This document shows, piece after piece, positions 31,055 through 42,107 of a stretch of 48,279 nt of DNA. The stretch's first letter is position 1, and each line of letters starts with the position of its first letter. A model generated the notes under the pieces. The model ran no database searches. It was not told the DNA's origin and saw nothing but the letters and a program-made list of their open reading frames with translations. The stretch comes from an uncultured Verrucomicrobiota bacterium (lineage in GTDB: Bacteria; Auribacterota; JABMQX01; JAFGEW01): contig CAYUZG010000001.1 of the NCBI GenBank assembly GCA_964449605.1, positions 1 through 48,279 of the forward strand, given 5' to 3'. The position numbers and the translations under genes were made by a program.

Positions 31055-32299
31055 TTACCCCTTGACCACGATGCGTGCGAAGCGGCGCTTGCCAACCTGG
31101 AGCACAGCACCGTCGACGGGCGGCCACTGGAAGTCGACGCTCTCGACGGGCTCGCCGTCGAGCCGCACGCCGCCGCCCTCGATCAGGCGGCGCGCCTCGC
31201 CGTTCGTTTTCGCCATGCCTGCGTTGACAATCAACCGCACGATCCAGATCCGCCCCTCGTCCAGATTCCTTGCGTCGATCACCACCTCCGGGATGTCTTC
31301 GGGCAGCTCCTTTTGCCTGAATACCCGCTCGAACTCGGCGCCGGCAGCTCGGGCTGCGTCGTCGCCGTGGAAGCGCGCCACGATCCGGCGCGCGAGCTCG
31401 AACTTGAGGTCGCGCGGGTTGACCGATTTCTCCTCGAGCTTGTGCCGGACGTCAGCGAGCTCCTCGAGCGAGCAATCGCTCAGGAACTCGTAGTAGTTGT
31501 CGATGATCGCGTCGGGGATCGACATCACCTTACCGAACTTCTCGTTCGCCGGGTCGTCGATAGCGATCGTGTTGCCGACGCTCTTACTCATTTTGTTCAC
31601 GCCGTCGGTGCCGATCAGGATCGGGTTGAGCACGGCGACTTGCGGCTCCTGCCCGACGACGCGCTGGAGGTCGCGCCCGCACAGGATGTTGAACTTCTGC
31701 TCCGTGGCGCCGAGCTCGACGTCGGCCCGGATCGCGACCGAATCGTACGCCTGGAGCACAGGGTACATGAGCTCGTGGAGCGACAGCGGCAGGCCCTGCT
31801 CGTAGCGGCGGCGGAACGTGTCGTGCGCCATCATCTGCGCGAACGTGAACTTGGCCATGACCTCGATCACGTTCTGGAGCGTCATGTCGCCGAACCACTC
31901 GGTCTGGTAATGCACCTCGAGGTGCGACTCGTCGAGCTTGAGCACCGCACCGAGCTGCTCGACGTAACGCTCGGCGTTCGCGCGCACGCGGTCACCTGTG
32001 AGCGCCGCGCGCGACTCATCGAGCCCCGTCGGGTCGCCGATCTGCGCCGTATAGTCGCCGATGATGAGCACGCCGACGTGACCCATGTCCTGGAAGGTGC
32101 GCATCTTCTGCACGGGCACCAGGTGGCCGAGGTGCACGTCGGGCGCGGTCGGGTCGATGCCGTACTTGATGCGCAGCGGCGTGCCGGTCTTCGCGGCGTT
32201 GCGCAGCTTGCGCTCCATCTCGTCGAGCGGGATCACCTCGTCGGCGCCGCGCTTGATCATCTCGAGTTGCCGGGCGATGTCTGCCATGTTCGGGTCCAC
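31055..32299 (-). CDS. tyrS: tyrosine--tRNA ligase
   Basis: HIGH motif (PDVHLGHL), GDYTAQIGDPTG, KMSKS (GVNKMSKSVGN) and a C-terminal S4-like domain (EARRLIEGGGVRLDGEPV). The start is either the GTG at 32299 or the ATG at 32287. Confidence 0.9.
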   Translation of the reverse strand: MDPNMADIARQLEMIKRGADEVIPLDEMERKLRNAAKTGTPLRIKYGIDPTAPDVHLGHLVPVQKMRTFQDMGHVGVLIIGDYTAQIGDPTGLDESRAALTGDRVRANAERYVEQLGAVLKLDESHLEVHYQTEWFGDMTLQNVIEVMAKFTFAQMMAHDTFRRRYEQGLPLSLHELMYPVLQAYDSVAIRADVELGATEQKFNILCGRDLQRVVGQEPQVAVLNPILIGTDGVNKMSKSVGNTIAIDDPANEKFGKVMSIPDAIIDNYYEFLSDCSLEELADVRHKLEEKSVNPRDLKFELARRIVARFHGDDAARAAGAEFERVFRQKELPEDIPEVVIDARNLDEGRIWIVRLIVNAGMAKTNGEARRLIEGGGVRLDGEPVESVDFQWPPVDGAVLQVGKRRFARIVVKG

Positions 32300-32389
32300 A
32301 CGTCGTCAGGGTTGGTTGAAACCGGGCGGCATTATACGCAGGGCGAAGGCTGGGCCGAAGCGATTTCCGCCGGGGAGTGGGGAAGGACA

Positions 32390-33067
32390 CTACTCGTCGA
32401 GGAATCGGCCGCTGGAAAACATACTGCGCAGCTCGACGATCCGGTTCATGAGCCGCTCACGCACGCCGAGCAGCTCGCGCCGGAACCGTGTCGCCGCAGC
32501 GCGAGGAAGGGCATCGGCGTGCTCAGCCTCGTCGAGCGCGGACAACGTCAGAAGTGTGTGATCCAGCGCGCGCTTGTGGTTGGCGATGTTGCCGCCGAGC
32601 GCGTCGCGCGAGAAACCCATGCTGCGCCCGCCGGCGATCTTGGCGGCGATCATGGCCGCTTGCGTCAGCAGCTTCGGTGCTTCGGGAAAGCCGGCGCCGT
32701 CGGTGGCAACGCGAAGATACCGATGGAGCTGGACGGCCACGTTGTGGGCACGGCGCCACAGTGGATCGGCCTCGTAGGATGAGGGCGCCGACTCCTGCGC
32801 GTCCTCGATCTGCTCGTCCGGCTGCCGCTCACCGGTCGGCGAGGCGTCGGGTTCGGCGTCAGACACGTCGGGATCGAACGCGGCCGGCAGCTCCCAGCCC
32901 ATCTCGCGCGCGATCAGCTCCTCGGCGTCGGGCAGGCCGCGGTACTGCTCCTCGAGCTCGACGTACCGCTCGGTTTGGCGGTCCTGTTCCTGGAGGAACG
33001 CCTCCCAGTCGTACTCGTCCCACGCTGGGTCGTCCGACCAGGCCCCGAACGCGCCGTCATCCGCCAT
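32390..33067 (-). CDS. hypothetical acidic protein
   Basis: ATG at 33067, preceded by AAGGGGGA with 8-nt spacing. Coding-like composition, but no family recognised. Confidence 0.55.
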   Translation of the reverse strand: MADDGAFGAWSDDPAWDEYDWEAFLQEQDRQTERYVELEEQYRGLPDAEELIAREMGWELPAAFDPDVSDAEPDASPTGERQPDEQIEDAQESAPSSYEADPLWRRAHNVAVQLHRYLRVATDGAGFPEAPKLLTQAAMIAAKIAGGRSMGFSRDALGGNIANHKRALDHTLLTLSALDEAEHADALPRAAATRFRRELLGVRERLMNRIVELRSMFSSGRFLDE

Positions 33068-33179
33068 CGCGCTGTCCCCCTTGAGACCGGCATATGCTAC
33101 AAGGTCCGCCTGTCGCGATCAAGCCTTTCTCTTGCGGCCCGCCCGGGAGCCAAGCACGTCGTGGGAACCGGGCGGCCGG

Positions 33180-34073
33180 TCAGAACAGCCGTTCCTGGGG
33201 CGCTTGCGTCGTCGAGATCCCCTTGAGCTCGGGAAAGGCGTCGTGCATCGCGAGCGGGGTGGGCACGCAGTCGCCGCCGATGAGGAACCCGAGCTGGAGC
33301 GCGTTCGCCACCGCCTGGCCCTGGTAGTGGTTGTTGGTGATCACGTAGGTTTCTTTCGCTTGCGCGGTGACGGCCCGGATGCGCTCGACCCACGGCGCGA
33401 GCTCGTCCATCGAGTAGTAGTAGTTGTACCGCTCGTGCGACGGCGCATCCTCCTTGAACCAGCTCTCGAGGTTCTGCCCGTGGAGGCGCACGTAGCCGAC
33501 GGGGCTCGTCGCGAGCTGCGTCGGCCGGAGTTGGCCGCGGAACATCGGCTGGTCGATGTTGCAGAACCCGACGCCGCGCTCGGCGAGCAGCTCGTAGACG
33601 AGCTCGCTGTCCCACGTGGCGTTGCGCACCTCGAGCACGAGCGGGTAGTCGGTGAACCGCTCGATGAGCCGCTTGAGGTAAAGCGAGTTGTCGGGGAAGT
33701 ACTTAAACGACCACGGGAACTGCATCAGGATGCAGCCGAGCTTGCCCGCCTCGGCGATCGGCTCGATGCCTGAGCGGAACGCTTCCTCGTCGTCGGCCGT
33801 GATGCCGCGCCGCTCGTGGGTGAACTTCTGGAAGAGCTTCAACGTGAACTTGAATCGAGGATTCGCCGCCGTGCGGCGCACCCAGCTCGCCGCCGCACGC
33901 GCCGCCGGTGGACGGTAGAACGTGCTGTTGATCTCGATCACATCGAAGTACTGGGCAAGATATGCGAGCGGATCGAAGCCCTTTGGCTTCTTGGCCGGGT
34001 AGACGATCCCGTCCCAGTCGTCGTAGGACCATCCGGCCGGCCCGATGCGGACGTTGACGGCCTCGTCGGCCAT
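33180..34073 (-). CDS. DUF72 (YecE-like) family protein
   Basis: The track ORF extends to 34148. I prefer the ATG at 34073, preceded by GGGGAGGATGGAGCG. DUF72 hallmarks: IGPAGWSYDDWDGIVYP, FDVIEINSTFYR, ILMQFPWSF. Confidence 0.8.
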   Translation of the reverse strand: MADEAVNVRIGPAGWSYDDWDGIVYPAKKPKGFDPLAYLAQYFDVIEINSTFYRPPAARAAASWVRRTAANPRFKFTLKLFQKFTHERRGITADDEEAFRSGIEPIAEAGKLGCILMQFPWSFKYFPDNSLYLKRLIERFTDYPLVLEVRNATWDSELVYELLAERGVGFCNIDQPMFRGQLRPTQLATSPVGYVRLHGQNLESWFKEDAPSHERYNYYYSMDELAPWVERIRAVTAQAKETYVITNNHYQGQAVANALQLGFLIGGDCVPTPLAMHDAFPELKGISTTQAPQERLF

Positions 34074-34197
34074 CGCTCCATCCTCCCCGACGCGTGCACC
34101 AGCGTAGAGGTCGACCGACAGTGTACGGCGCCGCACGCCCAAAGGCAACCGCCTCGTTCGCGGCCGGCACGGCCAGGGCGGATGAGACCGCTGGGTG

Positions 34198-37100
34198 CTA
34201 GAACTCGGAGAGGACTTTGTAGTAGTACTCGACGAGGGCCTGGTATTCGGGCGGGCAGGTCTCGTCCTTGGGCAGCAGGATCCTGCGCGCCTCGGCGAGT
34301 GCGTCGATCTCGCGCACGACCTCGCCCAGCGCCTGCTGAATCTGCTCCTCGGCGTGCGCGATCCGCTCGCGGTCGCTCATGGGCGGCTTGTCGCCCTCCG
34401 GCTGCTCGCCGTGCAACGCGTCGGCCGCCGCCTTGGCGTGCTCGGCCGCCGCGGCTGTGCGGGCCGTGTCGCCGAGCTTGTTGGCTTCCTTGTCGAGCTC
34501 CTCGGCGATCTCGGCGGTTTCCTCGTCGCTCGGCTCGCCCTCGCGCAGCTTCTCGACCTCTTTGGCGAGCTCGCTCAGGTTCTCGGCGGACTCCCATAGC
34601 CGCTCAAGATCGGACGTCGTCAGAATCGTGTAGGCGCGCTCGAGGTCGCCGCGCACGCGTTCGAACGCGTCGATTGCACGGGCCTGCTTCTCGCCCGCCT
34701 CGTCGGGGCGTCCTTCCTCGATGTCCTCACGGCTCGCATCGAGGTCCGACTGAAGCTCATCAGAGCCGAGCGTCGCACCGGCGTTCTCGAGCCGCTTGCC
34801 CGCGTCGCTCTCGGCGGTTCGCGACTGCTCGACGAGCTTGGCGATCTCTTGCTCGAGCTCGGCCGCGTCGTCGGCCACCCATTTCTGCTTGAGCGCCGTC
34901 TTGGCGCGCTCCGCTTCCGCGGCCTCCGCGTCCGCGTCGGCCTCGGCGCCCGTTTCGGCCGTCTCGTCGCGCACGCGTTCCTGGTCGCGCACGAGTCGGT
35001 CGGCGTCGCGCACCGCCTGCGCGACGTCGTCGAGCAGGACGTTCCCGTAGAGCTTCTCGAGCTCGTCGAGCCCCTTGGCGAGCCGCTCGGCGGCAAGCTC
35101 GCCCGTGGCCGACGCCGCCGCGGGCGACCCCGCGTCGAGGCTGCGCTGGGCGGCGTCCATCTCGCGTCGCGCCTCGCGGAAGTGCCTCGTGTCGGGTTGG
35201 TACTCCTCGCCTCCCGCCAGGTCGTCGAGCTCGTCGACGAGCTCCTGTGTGCGCCGGGCCGCATCCGCCTGCCTGTCGGCGAGCTGCTGGGATTTCGCCA
35301 TTCTCTCGGATGACCCGAGGCCCGGATCGGCCGCGGTCGCCTCGGCCTCGCGGTTGATGCCGCGCTGCTGCGTCAGCGCGTCCTTGGCCTTGGCGATCGC
35401 GTCAAGCAGCTTCTCCTTGTCGGTCTGCGACATCGCGCGCAGCGCCTCGCTCGCCAGGTTCGACGCCTCGCGCAGGCCTTCGCGGGCTTCCTGCTGGCTC
35501 GGTGCCGCGCCCGACCCGTCGCCGGACGCCATCTTCCCGGTGGCGTTCTCCATGGCGTCCTGGATCTCGCCCGACGAGAGCTTCTCCGATGCCTCACCGA
35601 CCTTCTCGCCGGCGGCGGCATCCTCCTGTTTGACGCGCGGCGTCAGGCCCGCGGCATCTTCGGCGAGGTCGTCGACTTCTTTCTTCAGTTGATCCTGCTG
35701 CTCGCCGAGCCGCTCGAGCTCGTCGCGATCGCCCTCCGCGTCGGCCGCGCGCTGCTCGAGATCGCCCTGCTCGCGGGCGGCGGCGTCGAGGTCGCGTGCG
35801 AGCCGCTCGAGGGACCGCGCGAGGTTCCGCTCCTTGGCGCGCTGGACCTCGTCGATGGCCTTGTCGAGGAGCTCCTCGGCCTCGCGGCCTTTCTCGAGCG
35901 CGTCTTGAGCCTTGGCCTCATCGAGGTGCTCGGCCGCCTCCTCCATCTTGTCGGCTGCCTTCTCGGCGTTCGTCGAGGCCTTCTTGCTCAGGCTCGGGTC
36001 TTCGCGGGCCATCTCGTCGAGATTGCCCGCCTCGGACTTTGTCTCCTCGCCGAGCTGCTTCTGGCGCGACGCGGCAGCCTGGCCTTCGGCCGTGCCCTCC
36101 TGCTGTGCGCTGGCCTGGTCCGACGGAGGTTGGGCGCTCGACTCCTCGCCTTGCGCCTGGTCGGCCATTTCCTTGTTGAGTTCTTGCTGGCGCTTCTTGA
36201 GCTCGTCGAGCTTGCTTTCCTGTTCGTTCAACTTCTGCTCGCGTTCCTGCTGCCGCTGCTCGGCGCGCTCGGCGGCCTTTTTGCGCGCGAGCTCGAGCGC
36301 CTGGCGAATCTGCTCCTGCTCTTCAGGTTTCTGCTGGGCGTCGGGCGTGACCAAGTGCTCCAGGTCGCTCAGCGCCTTGTAGAGCGCGGCGAGCGCCTGC
36401 TGCTCGGGCGCCGTGGCGGCGCGCGGCTCGATCGCCTCGAGGAAGTCGACCGCGTTCCGCATATAGCTCGCCGCGTTCTCGATGCTCTTGACCTTGTAGA
36501 CCTCGTGTTCGAGCCCGCGTTCGAGCAGCTCCTGCTCGAATGCGACGGCGAAGTCATCCGCCAGTTCCGCGTTCTCGACCTGGAGCGAGGCGATCTCCAG
36601 CACGCGCTCGGCCACGTCGGGCTCGACGGGCTCCGTCATCTCATTCAGCACGCCGAAGGTGCGTTGGACGATCTCCTTCTGCATCCGGATCAGCTCGACG
36701 AGCACCCTGAGCTCGAGCGTTGTCGGCATCTCCTCGCCACCCTCGCCGAGCCGGTACTTCTCCTCGTACGGCACGATCTCGATGAAGTAGACGTTCGAGA
36801 TCCCCTGCTTCGGGCCGCTCACCGTGTCGTTGTCGATCGCGTAGACGTAGTAGCTGACAATGTCGTGCGCCTCGAGCGGGAACTGCTCGAGCATGATGAG
36901 CGCCTCGCCGTGCGTGTGCAGCGCGCGCGTGTCGAACGTCTTGACGATCTCGCGCCGCTCGCCTTCCATCTTGATGTTGAACGCGAGGCCGACCTCGACG
37001 ATGCCGAAGTCGTCGGCCGCCTCGAACTCGACGGGGATCTCGCCCGTCTTGGTCACTTTCATATCCTTGCCCGGATGCACGATGCGCACGTCGGGCACGG

Positions 37101-38268
37101 TGTCCTTGAGCGCGACGATCGAGTAGGTCCGCCGCTGCCGATTGCGGTGGCCGAGCGTGTCCTCGATCTCCACCTCGTACTCGCCGCTCTGCTCGACGAC
37201 AAACGAGCCGGTCGCGCTGCGTGTGTCGTCGCTCAGTGTCAGTGCAAGCTCGGTGCCGTCGTCGCGAACGAGCCGCGCGCCACCCAGCACGGTGTTCGTG
37301 TTCGCAGTGAGCGTCACGCGCGTGCCGCGCAGCGCAAGGATATCGCCCGTGCGGATCGTCTGCTTCGGCAGCTCCGTATACGACGGGAACACGAGCTCGG
37401 CCGTGAGCTTCTCGATCTTCGGGTCGGGGTAGACGAGGACCGTGTGTTTCGGCGACGCCGCGTCGCCGGCCTCGATGTAGTACGAAAACGTGCGCGACAG
37501 CCGGTTGAACGTGTGGCTCGTCGAGGCGCGCCGTGGCTCGGCGCGCTCGACGGTCATCGGCTCGCTCACCCACTCGCCGCCGGTCTGCTCGAAGTGGATG
37601 GTCGCCTCGTCGGGGATGCGGCCGCGCAGGTTGGCCGTGATCGTCAGGTCACTCAGCTCTTCCCGCTCGGCGTCGCCCGGCTGCACGTCGAGCCGCGTGT
37701 ACGTCGTCTCGCGCCACGGCATGAGGACGCGCTGCATGGCGGTCGCCGTGTTCGGCACGAATCGCAAGAGCAGCACAAGACCGACCAGCACAAGGCCCAG
37801 CGTGAACGCCGGCCAGCGCAGCTGCGCCCAGCGCACGCTGCGCGTGAGCTCCAGGTCGGCGATACGCCCGCGCGTGTGTTCGGCGAGCGCGGCCCGCATC
37901 GCCTCGCTCGTGTGGTGGTCGCGGCTGTACGGATCGATCGTGTACTCGACTGTCGTCGCGAGCGTCGCGTCCAGCCCCGGGAACGTCTCCTCAACGGCCC
38001 ACGTGAGCCTGAGCAGGCCGAGCCGACGCAGGAGGGGCACCACGACGAGCACGCCGATCAGCACGAGCGCCCCGAAAATGAGCAGGCCGAAGAATGCGGC
38101 CCGCAGCCATGCGAGCAGCGAGACGTGCAGGTCGATCGACGAGAAGATGATAAGCCCCACGCAGAGCGCGGCCACGACCGTCGACGCGCCGAACATGATG
38201 TAGAAGCGCCGCTTGCTGAGCCTGACTGCGCGCAGCCGCTGCTCGACGTACCGGACGTCGTCGTTCAT
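34198..38268 (-). CDS. 1356-aa membrane-anchored protein with a beta-rich domain and a very long acidic coiled-coil (DUF4175-like); last gene of the MoxR/VWA operon
   Basis: RBS GGGAG before the ATG at 38268. N-terminal TM helices, followed by WAVEETFPGLDATLATTVEY. The central ~600 aa are E/A/Q/D/K-rich coiled coil. C-terminal motif: CPPEYQALVEYYYKVLSE. The family name is recalled, not searched. Confidence 0.7.
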   Translation of the reverse strand: MNDDVRYVEQRLRAVRLSKRRFYIMFGASTVVAALCVGLIIFSSIDLHVSLLAWLRAAFFGLLIFGALVLIGVLVVVPLLRRLGLLRLTWAVEETFPGLDATLATTVEYTIDPYSRDHHTSEAMRAALAEHTRGRIADLELTRSVRWAQLRWPAFTLGLVLVGLVLLLRFVPNTATAMQRVLMPWRETTYTRLDVQPGDAEREELSDLTITANLRGRIPDEATIHFEQTGGEWVSEPMTVERAEPRRASTSHTFNRLSRTFSYYIEAGDAASPKHTVLVYPDPKIEKLTAELVFPSYTELPKQTIRTGDILALRGTRVTLTANTNTVLGGARLVRDDGTELALTLSDDTRSATGSFVVEQSGEYEVEIEDTLGHRNRQRRTYSIVALKDTVPDVRIVHPGKDMKVTKTGEIPVEFEAADDFGIVEVGLAFNIKMEGERREIVKTFDTRALHTHGEALIMLEQFPLEAHDIVSYYVYAIDNDTVSGPKQGISNVYFIEIVPYEEKYRLGEGGEEMPTTLELRVLVELIRMQKEIVQRTFGVLNEMTEPVEPDVAERVLEIASLQVENAELADDFAVAFEQELLERGLEHEVYKVKSIENAASYMRNAVDFLEAIEPRAATAPEQQALAALYKALSDLEHLVTPDAQQKPEEQEQIRQALELARKKAAERAEQRQQEREQKLNEQESKLDELKKRQQELNKEMADQAQGEESSAQPPSDQASAQQEGTAEGQAAASRQKQLGEETKSEAGNLDEMAREDPSLSKKASTNAEKAADKMEEAAEHLDEAKAQDALEKGREAEELLDKAIDEVQRAKERNLARSLERLARDLDAAAREQGDLEQRAADAEGDRDELERLGEQQDQLKKEVDDLAEDAAGLTPRVKQEDAAAGEKVGEASEKLSSGEIQDAMENATGKMASGDGSGAAPSQQEAREGLREASNLASEALRAMSQTDKEKLLDAIAKAKDALTQQRGINREAEATAADPGLGSSERMAKSQQLADRQADAARRTQELVDELDDLAGGEEYQPDTRHFREARREMDAAQRSLDAGSPAAASATGELAAERLAKGLDELEKLYGNVLLDDVAQAVRDADRLVRDQERVRDETAETGAEADADAEAAEAERAKTALKQKWVADDAAELEQEIAKLVEQSRTAESDAGKRLENAGATLGSDELQSDLDASREDIEEGRPDEAGEKQARAIDAFERVRGDLERAYTILTTSDLERLWESAENLSELAKEVEKLREGEPSDEETAEIAEELDKEANKLGDTARTAAAAEHAKAAADALHGEQPEGDKPPMSDRERIAHAEEQIQQALGEVVREIDALAEARRILLPKDETCPPEYQALVEYYYKVLSEF

Positions 38269-38383
38269 CTATCAGCTCCCGAACGTACCGCGTGCACCGT
38301 CAGTATACATTACGTGTGGCCGCTCGTCAAGAACCGGCTCACTGCCCGTTTCGACACGAGCGCGCTGCCCCTGGTTCCCGTCG

Positions 38384-40468
38384 TCATGCATGGGTGCGGC
38401 TGCCCAGCCACGTCTCGGCCAACAGGAACACGAGCAGCGCCACGAACACGTACCGCCAGATCTCGTCCCGGTCCCGGGGATTCTCGTCACCAAGCCCGGC
38501 CTTGGCCACCCGCTGCGCCTCGGGCGAGACGAGCTCCGTGAACTCGGCGACGCTCAGGCAGCGCAGGTCGGACTCGATGGGGTTGACGTTCACGGCGACG
38601 GCCCGCTCGGGCGCGTCCTCGAACTGCAAACGGTACAGGCCGGGCACGTCCGTTTCGCGCAGCACGTTCTGGTCGGCCGGCTCGATCGTGCGCCCGTCCG
38701 GATCGAGCACCGTCGTGACGCCCGGCGGCAGCGGGACCGGCTCGCCGACGAGGAGCGCCGGCTCGACGCGCGACAGCGCTTCGGCGCCGCACAGGTAGCC
38801 GACCGCGCGGTGGACAAACGGCAGGTACACCTTGCGTTTCGGCATGTCGTTCCAGTCGGCGTCGGCGCTCGTCGGCATGAGCAGCACGTGTCCGCGGCCG
38901 AAGCGTTTCTCGACGAGCGCGGGTCGCCCGTCGCTGAAGAACGCCAGCACCGTCGCGGTCTCGGGGTCGATCGCGCCGAGCCGGTGAATGCGCTGGAAGC
39001 GCGGCACGCTCAGGTCGCCCTCGGCTGGATCGACGAACGACTCGAAGATGTAATGGTCCTCGACGAAGTTGGTGATCTGCCGGAACTCCGACACCTCGAG
39101 CAGCGAGCCGGTCGGCGGCTCGAGCCGCGCCGGCAGCAAGCCCTCGCCGTCCTTGTACAGGTCGCGGTTGTACTGGATGAGCGAGACCCGGTCGCCCGTG
39201 AACACGAGCAACCCGCCGCCGTCACTCACATATGCCTCGAGCGCCGCCACCGCCGCGACGTCCACGTAGTCAACGTTCGCCAGCACGACAGCGTCATAGC
39301 CGGCGAGCCGCTGCGACGCGAGCTCGCCCGGTTCAATCAGGCGCGGCTCGAAGATCGTCGTGCCCGGCTCCCTGCCGAAGCGGTAGGGGTTGAGCGCCGT
39401 CTCGAGGTAATGCGTCTCGCGGAAGTACGGGACCTCCGACGGCGTGCCGTTGACGCACAACACTCGAAGCGGCCGCCGCACGTCGAGCGCAACGAACGCC
39501 TCGTTGTCGATCGCGAGCGCGTCATCGACGTCGATCGAGACCGAGGCGCCGTGAACGCCCGGCTCGTCGATCATGTGCTCGAACTCGACCGTCGCAGCGC
39601 CCGACGCCCCAACGTGGACCGGCTGCGTGCCCACCGCCGTGCCCGCCACGGCGAGCGTTGCCTCGGCCGACCGCCGCTGCGCCGAGAAGTTGCGCACCGC
39701 GGCCCGGACGATGAACGGCTCGCCGCTCAGCAGCTCGTCGCCCACGGGTTCGAGCCTGACGACCGCTGCGTTCGCGACCGGCTGCGTCAGGTCGGGCACC
39801 TCGAGCACAATGCCGGGCCCCAGCTCGAGCTCGCGCAGCTCGCCCAGGCCGCTCGCCTGCAGGTCGCTCACGAGGAAGATCGCCTTCTGACGCGCGTCAG
39901 TCCTGTCGAACAGCTCCTGCGCATATGCGAGTGCCGCGGAGACGTTCGTCGCGTGCGCGCTCGGCTCGATCCGTCCGAGTGCGGCACGCACCGCGCCGAA
40001 GTCGGCCGTCATTGCGTGCACGAGCTCGGCCGACTCGTCGAAGGCGACCACCGCGGCGCGATCATCGCTCCCGAGCTTGCCGAGCAGGTCGACGGCATAG
40101 CTCAACCCGCGCTCGAGCTTGGTCCCGCCGAGCTCGGTCCGCGCCCCCATGCTGAACGAGCGGTCGACGAGGAAGACGACTTCCTTGGCGCCCGGGCCGA
40201 TGCCGGCGAGCGCCTGGCGCTGGAAGAACGGGCGCGCGAACGCGAAGATGATCAGCCCGACGATCGCCATGCGCAGCATGAGCAGCAGCCACTGCTTGAT
40301 GCGGTTGCGGCGCGCGTTCTCGCGGGTGGCGATCTTGAGGAAGCGCAGCGTGCTGAACAGCAGCCGCTTTCGCCGCTTCCTGAGCAGCAGGTGGATGATG
40401 ATCGGCAGCGACACGGCCGCGAGGCCGTACAGAAAGAGCGGATTGAAGTAGCCGACGCCAATCATCAC
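38384..40468 (-). CDS. VWA-domain protein with a BatA-type N-terminal double-TM domain
   Basis: N-terminus NPLFLYGLAAVSLPIIIHLL.RKRRK....TLRFL (aerotolerance-regulator N-terminal type). VWA MIDAS motif: VVFLVDRSFSMG. Confidence 0.8.
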   Translation of the reverse strand: MMIGVGYFNPLFLYGLAAVSLPIIIHLLLRKRRKRLLFSTLRFLKIATRENARRNRIKQWLLLMLRMAIVGLIIFAFARPFFQRQALAGIGPGAKEVVFLVDRSFSMGARTELGGTKLERGLSYAVDLLGKLGSDDRAAVVAFDESAELVHAMTADFGAVRAALGRIEPSAHATNVSAALAYAQELFDRTDARQKAIFLVSDLQASGLGELRELELGPGIVLEVPDLTQPVANAAVVRLEPVGDELLSGEPFIVRAAVRNFSAQRRSAEATLAVAGTAVGTQPVHVGASGAATVEFEHMIDEPGVHGASVSIDVDDALAIDNEAFVALDVRRPLRVLCVNGTPSEVPYFRETHYLETALNPYRFGREPGTTIFEPRLIEPGELASQRLAGYDAVVLANVDYVDVAAVAALEAYVSDGGGLLVFTGDRVSLIQYNRDLYKDGEGLLPARLEPPTGSLLEVSEFRQITNFVEDHYIFESFVDPAEGDLSVPRFQRIHRLGAIDPETATVLAFFSDGRPALVEKRFGRGHVLLMPTSADADWNDMPKRKVYLPFVHRAVGYLCGAEALSRVEPALLVGEPVPLPPGVTTVLDPDGRTIEPADQNVLRETDVPGLYRLQFEDAPERAVAVNVNPIESDLRCLSVAEFTELVSPEAQRVAKAGLGDENPRDRDEIWRYVFVALLVFLLAETWLGSRTHA

Positions 40469-40483
40469 GTGTGTTTCAACATC

Positions 40484-41176
40484 TTATTCGAAGGGATCGA
40501 TGGTGTAGTCGTCCGTCGAGATTTCGTCCTCTTTCACGAGCACGTACTGCACGTGCCCGTCGAGAAACAGCACGTTGAACGACGGGTACCCGCCCGCCGT
40601 GTGCCAGCAGCGGCCCCACTTCGGCCAGTCGGGGTTCAGCGTGACGAACCAGCCCGCATCACCGGCCAGGCAGAGGCGGCCTGGGCCGGTCGTCACCTCA
40701 CCGAGACGGACACCCGACAGCTTGTCGTCGTTGTAGATGTACGACGTCCCGTAGAGCTCGTAGACGGACACGCCCTCTTGGTGGTTGTTGAAACCGTCGT
40801 CGCTCGGGCACTGGAACACGAGGTACGCGGCCTCGTCGCCCCCGCGCTGGACGTACGGGTTCAGCACGCGCTTCGACGCGGGCAACGTGCCCCCGTAAGG
40901 CGCGTAGCAGCCGGTGGCGCCGCCGAACGTGCTGCCGAGCACGGGGTTCACCTCGTCGTTCGGGAACGCGTCCCATTCATTGAGGTACAGCGTCCAGCCG
41001 ATGCCGATCTGGCGCAGGTTCGACAGGCACTGCGACCGCTTCGCCGCCGCGCGCACGCGTCCGAGCGTCGGCAACACGAAACCGACCAGGATCGCGATGA
41101 TGGCGATCACGACGAGCAGCTCGACGAGGGTGAAACCCGCGCGGCCGCCCCGGTCGTTCGCTCCGCGACACACCAT
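40484..41176 (-). CDS. prepilin-type N-terminal cleavage/methylation domain protein, DUF1559-like
   Basis: Strong RBS (GGAGGAGGAGGC-ATG). Class III signal: [22 protein letters not shown]1559-style C-terminus: [23 protein letters not shown]. Confidence 0.85.
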   Translation of the reverse strand: MVCRGANDRGGRAGFTLVELLVVIAIIAILVGFVLPTLGRVRAAAKRSQCLSNLRQIGIGWTLYLNEWDAFPNDEVNPVLGSTFGGATGCYAPYGGTLPASKRVLNPYVQRGGDEAAYLVFQCPSDDGFNNHQEGVSVYELYGTSYIYNDDKLSGVRLGEVTTGPGRLCLAGDAGWFVTLNPDWPKWGRCWHTAGGYPSFNVLFLDGHVQYVLVKEDEISTDDYTIDPFE

Positions 41177-41192
41177 GCCTCCTCCTCCGCTG

Positions 41193-42089
41193 CTACTGCG
41201 CCTTGCGTCGTTTGATCAGGTATTCCATCAGGGCGACGGCAAGCGATTGGTCGGTGCGAATCGGCACGAAGTCGATCAGGCTGTTCGCACACTCCTTGCG
41301 GAGCCACCGCTGGTGCGCGTTGAACACCTCGACGTAGCGGTCCTGGACCGACTCGGGCAGCGTCATGAGCCGCTCGCCCGTCTCGAGGTCCTCGAACTCG
41401 ATCTGGCCCGTGAACGGCAGCTCGATCTCGTCGGGCGTGAGCACCTGGAAGACGATCACCTCGTGGCCGCTGTGGCGGAAGTGCTTCAGCACGTCCATGA
41501 TCGCCTCGGGCTCGTCGAACAGGTCGGAGATCAGGACGATCAGGCCGCGCTTGCGGATCCGCTCGGCGAGCGCGTCGAGTCCGCTGGCGAACCCGGTTCG
41601 CTCGCCCACCGTGACGCGGTCGAGCACCTTGAGCACGTGCAGCAGGTGGTCGAAGCGGGCGCGCGGCGGCAGGTAGTGGCGGATCTCGGTGTCGAACGTG
41701 GCGACGCCGACCGCATCCTTTTGCAGCAGCATCAGGTGCGCCAGTGCCGCGCCGAGGAAGACGCCGTACTTGTACTTGCTCACCCCGTCGCGCGCCGCGT
41801 AGCCCATCGAGGCCGAGGTGTCGAGCAGGATGTGGGCGCGCAGGTTCGTCTCCTCGATGAACAGCTTGAGGAACAGCTCATCGGTGCGCGCCCAGAGCTT
41901 CCAGTCGATGTAGCGTGGATCGTCGCCCTGGATGTAGGGCCGGTACGAGCTGAACTCGACGCTGAAGCCGTGGAACGGGCTCTTGTGCAGCCCGACGAGG
42001 AAGCCCTCGACGACGAACCGCGCGAGCAGCTCGAGGTTCGACAGCTTCGCCAGCACCGCCGGGTCGAGGTATTGGAGCGCGTCGCGCAC
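41193..42089 (-). CDS. DUF58 domain protein (MoxR-associated)
   Basis: GTG start with GGGGAGG upstream. Motifs: [41 protein letters not shown] and [10 protein letters not shown]. Confidence 0.85.
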   Translation of the reverse strand: MRDALQYLDPAVLAKLSNLELLARFVVEGFLVGLHKSPFHGFSVEFSSYRPYIQGDDPRYIDWKLWARTDELFLKLFIEETNLRAHILLDTSASMGYAARDGVSKYKYGVFLGAALAHLMLLQKDAVGVATFDTEIRHYLPPRARFDHLLHVLKVLDRVTVGERTGFASGLDALAERIRKRGLIVLISDLFDEPEAIMDVLKHFRHSGHEVIVFQVLTPDEIELPFTGQIEFEDLETGERLMTLPESVQDRYVEVFNAHQRWLRKECANSLIDFVPIRTDQSLAVALMEYLIKRRKAQ

Positions 42090-42107
42090 AGCGCCTCCCC
42101 GCCGCCG

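Noticed and set aside
30081-32782. + strand ORFs 30081..31493 and 30947..32782, overlapping the M24 peptidase, tyrS and the adjacent hypothetical gene (32390..33067).
   Set aside because: tyrS (HIGH and KMSKS motifs) and the M24 fold are unambiguous on the minus strand. The + frames lack any motif.
40484-40570. Exact H-X9-DG motif expected in DUF1559/TIGR04294-type proteins.
   Set aside because: The C-terminus reads [16 protein letters not shown], which is 13 residues rather than 9 between His and DG. I therefore call it DUF1559-like and do not claim the canonical motif.
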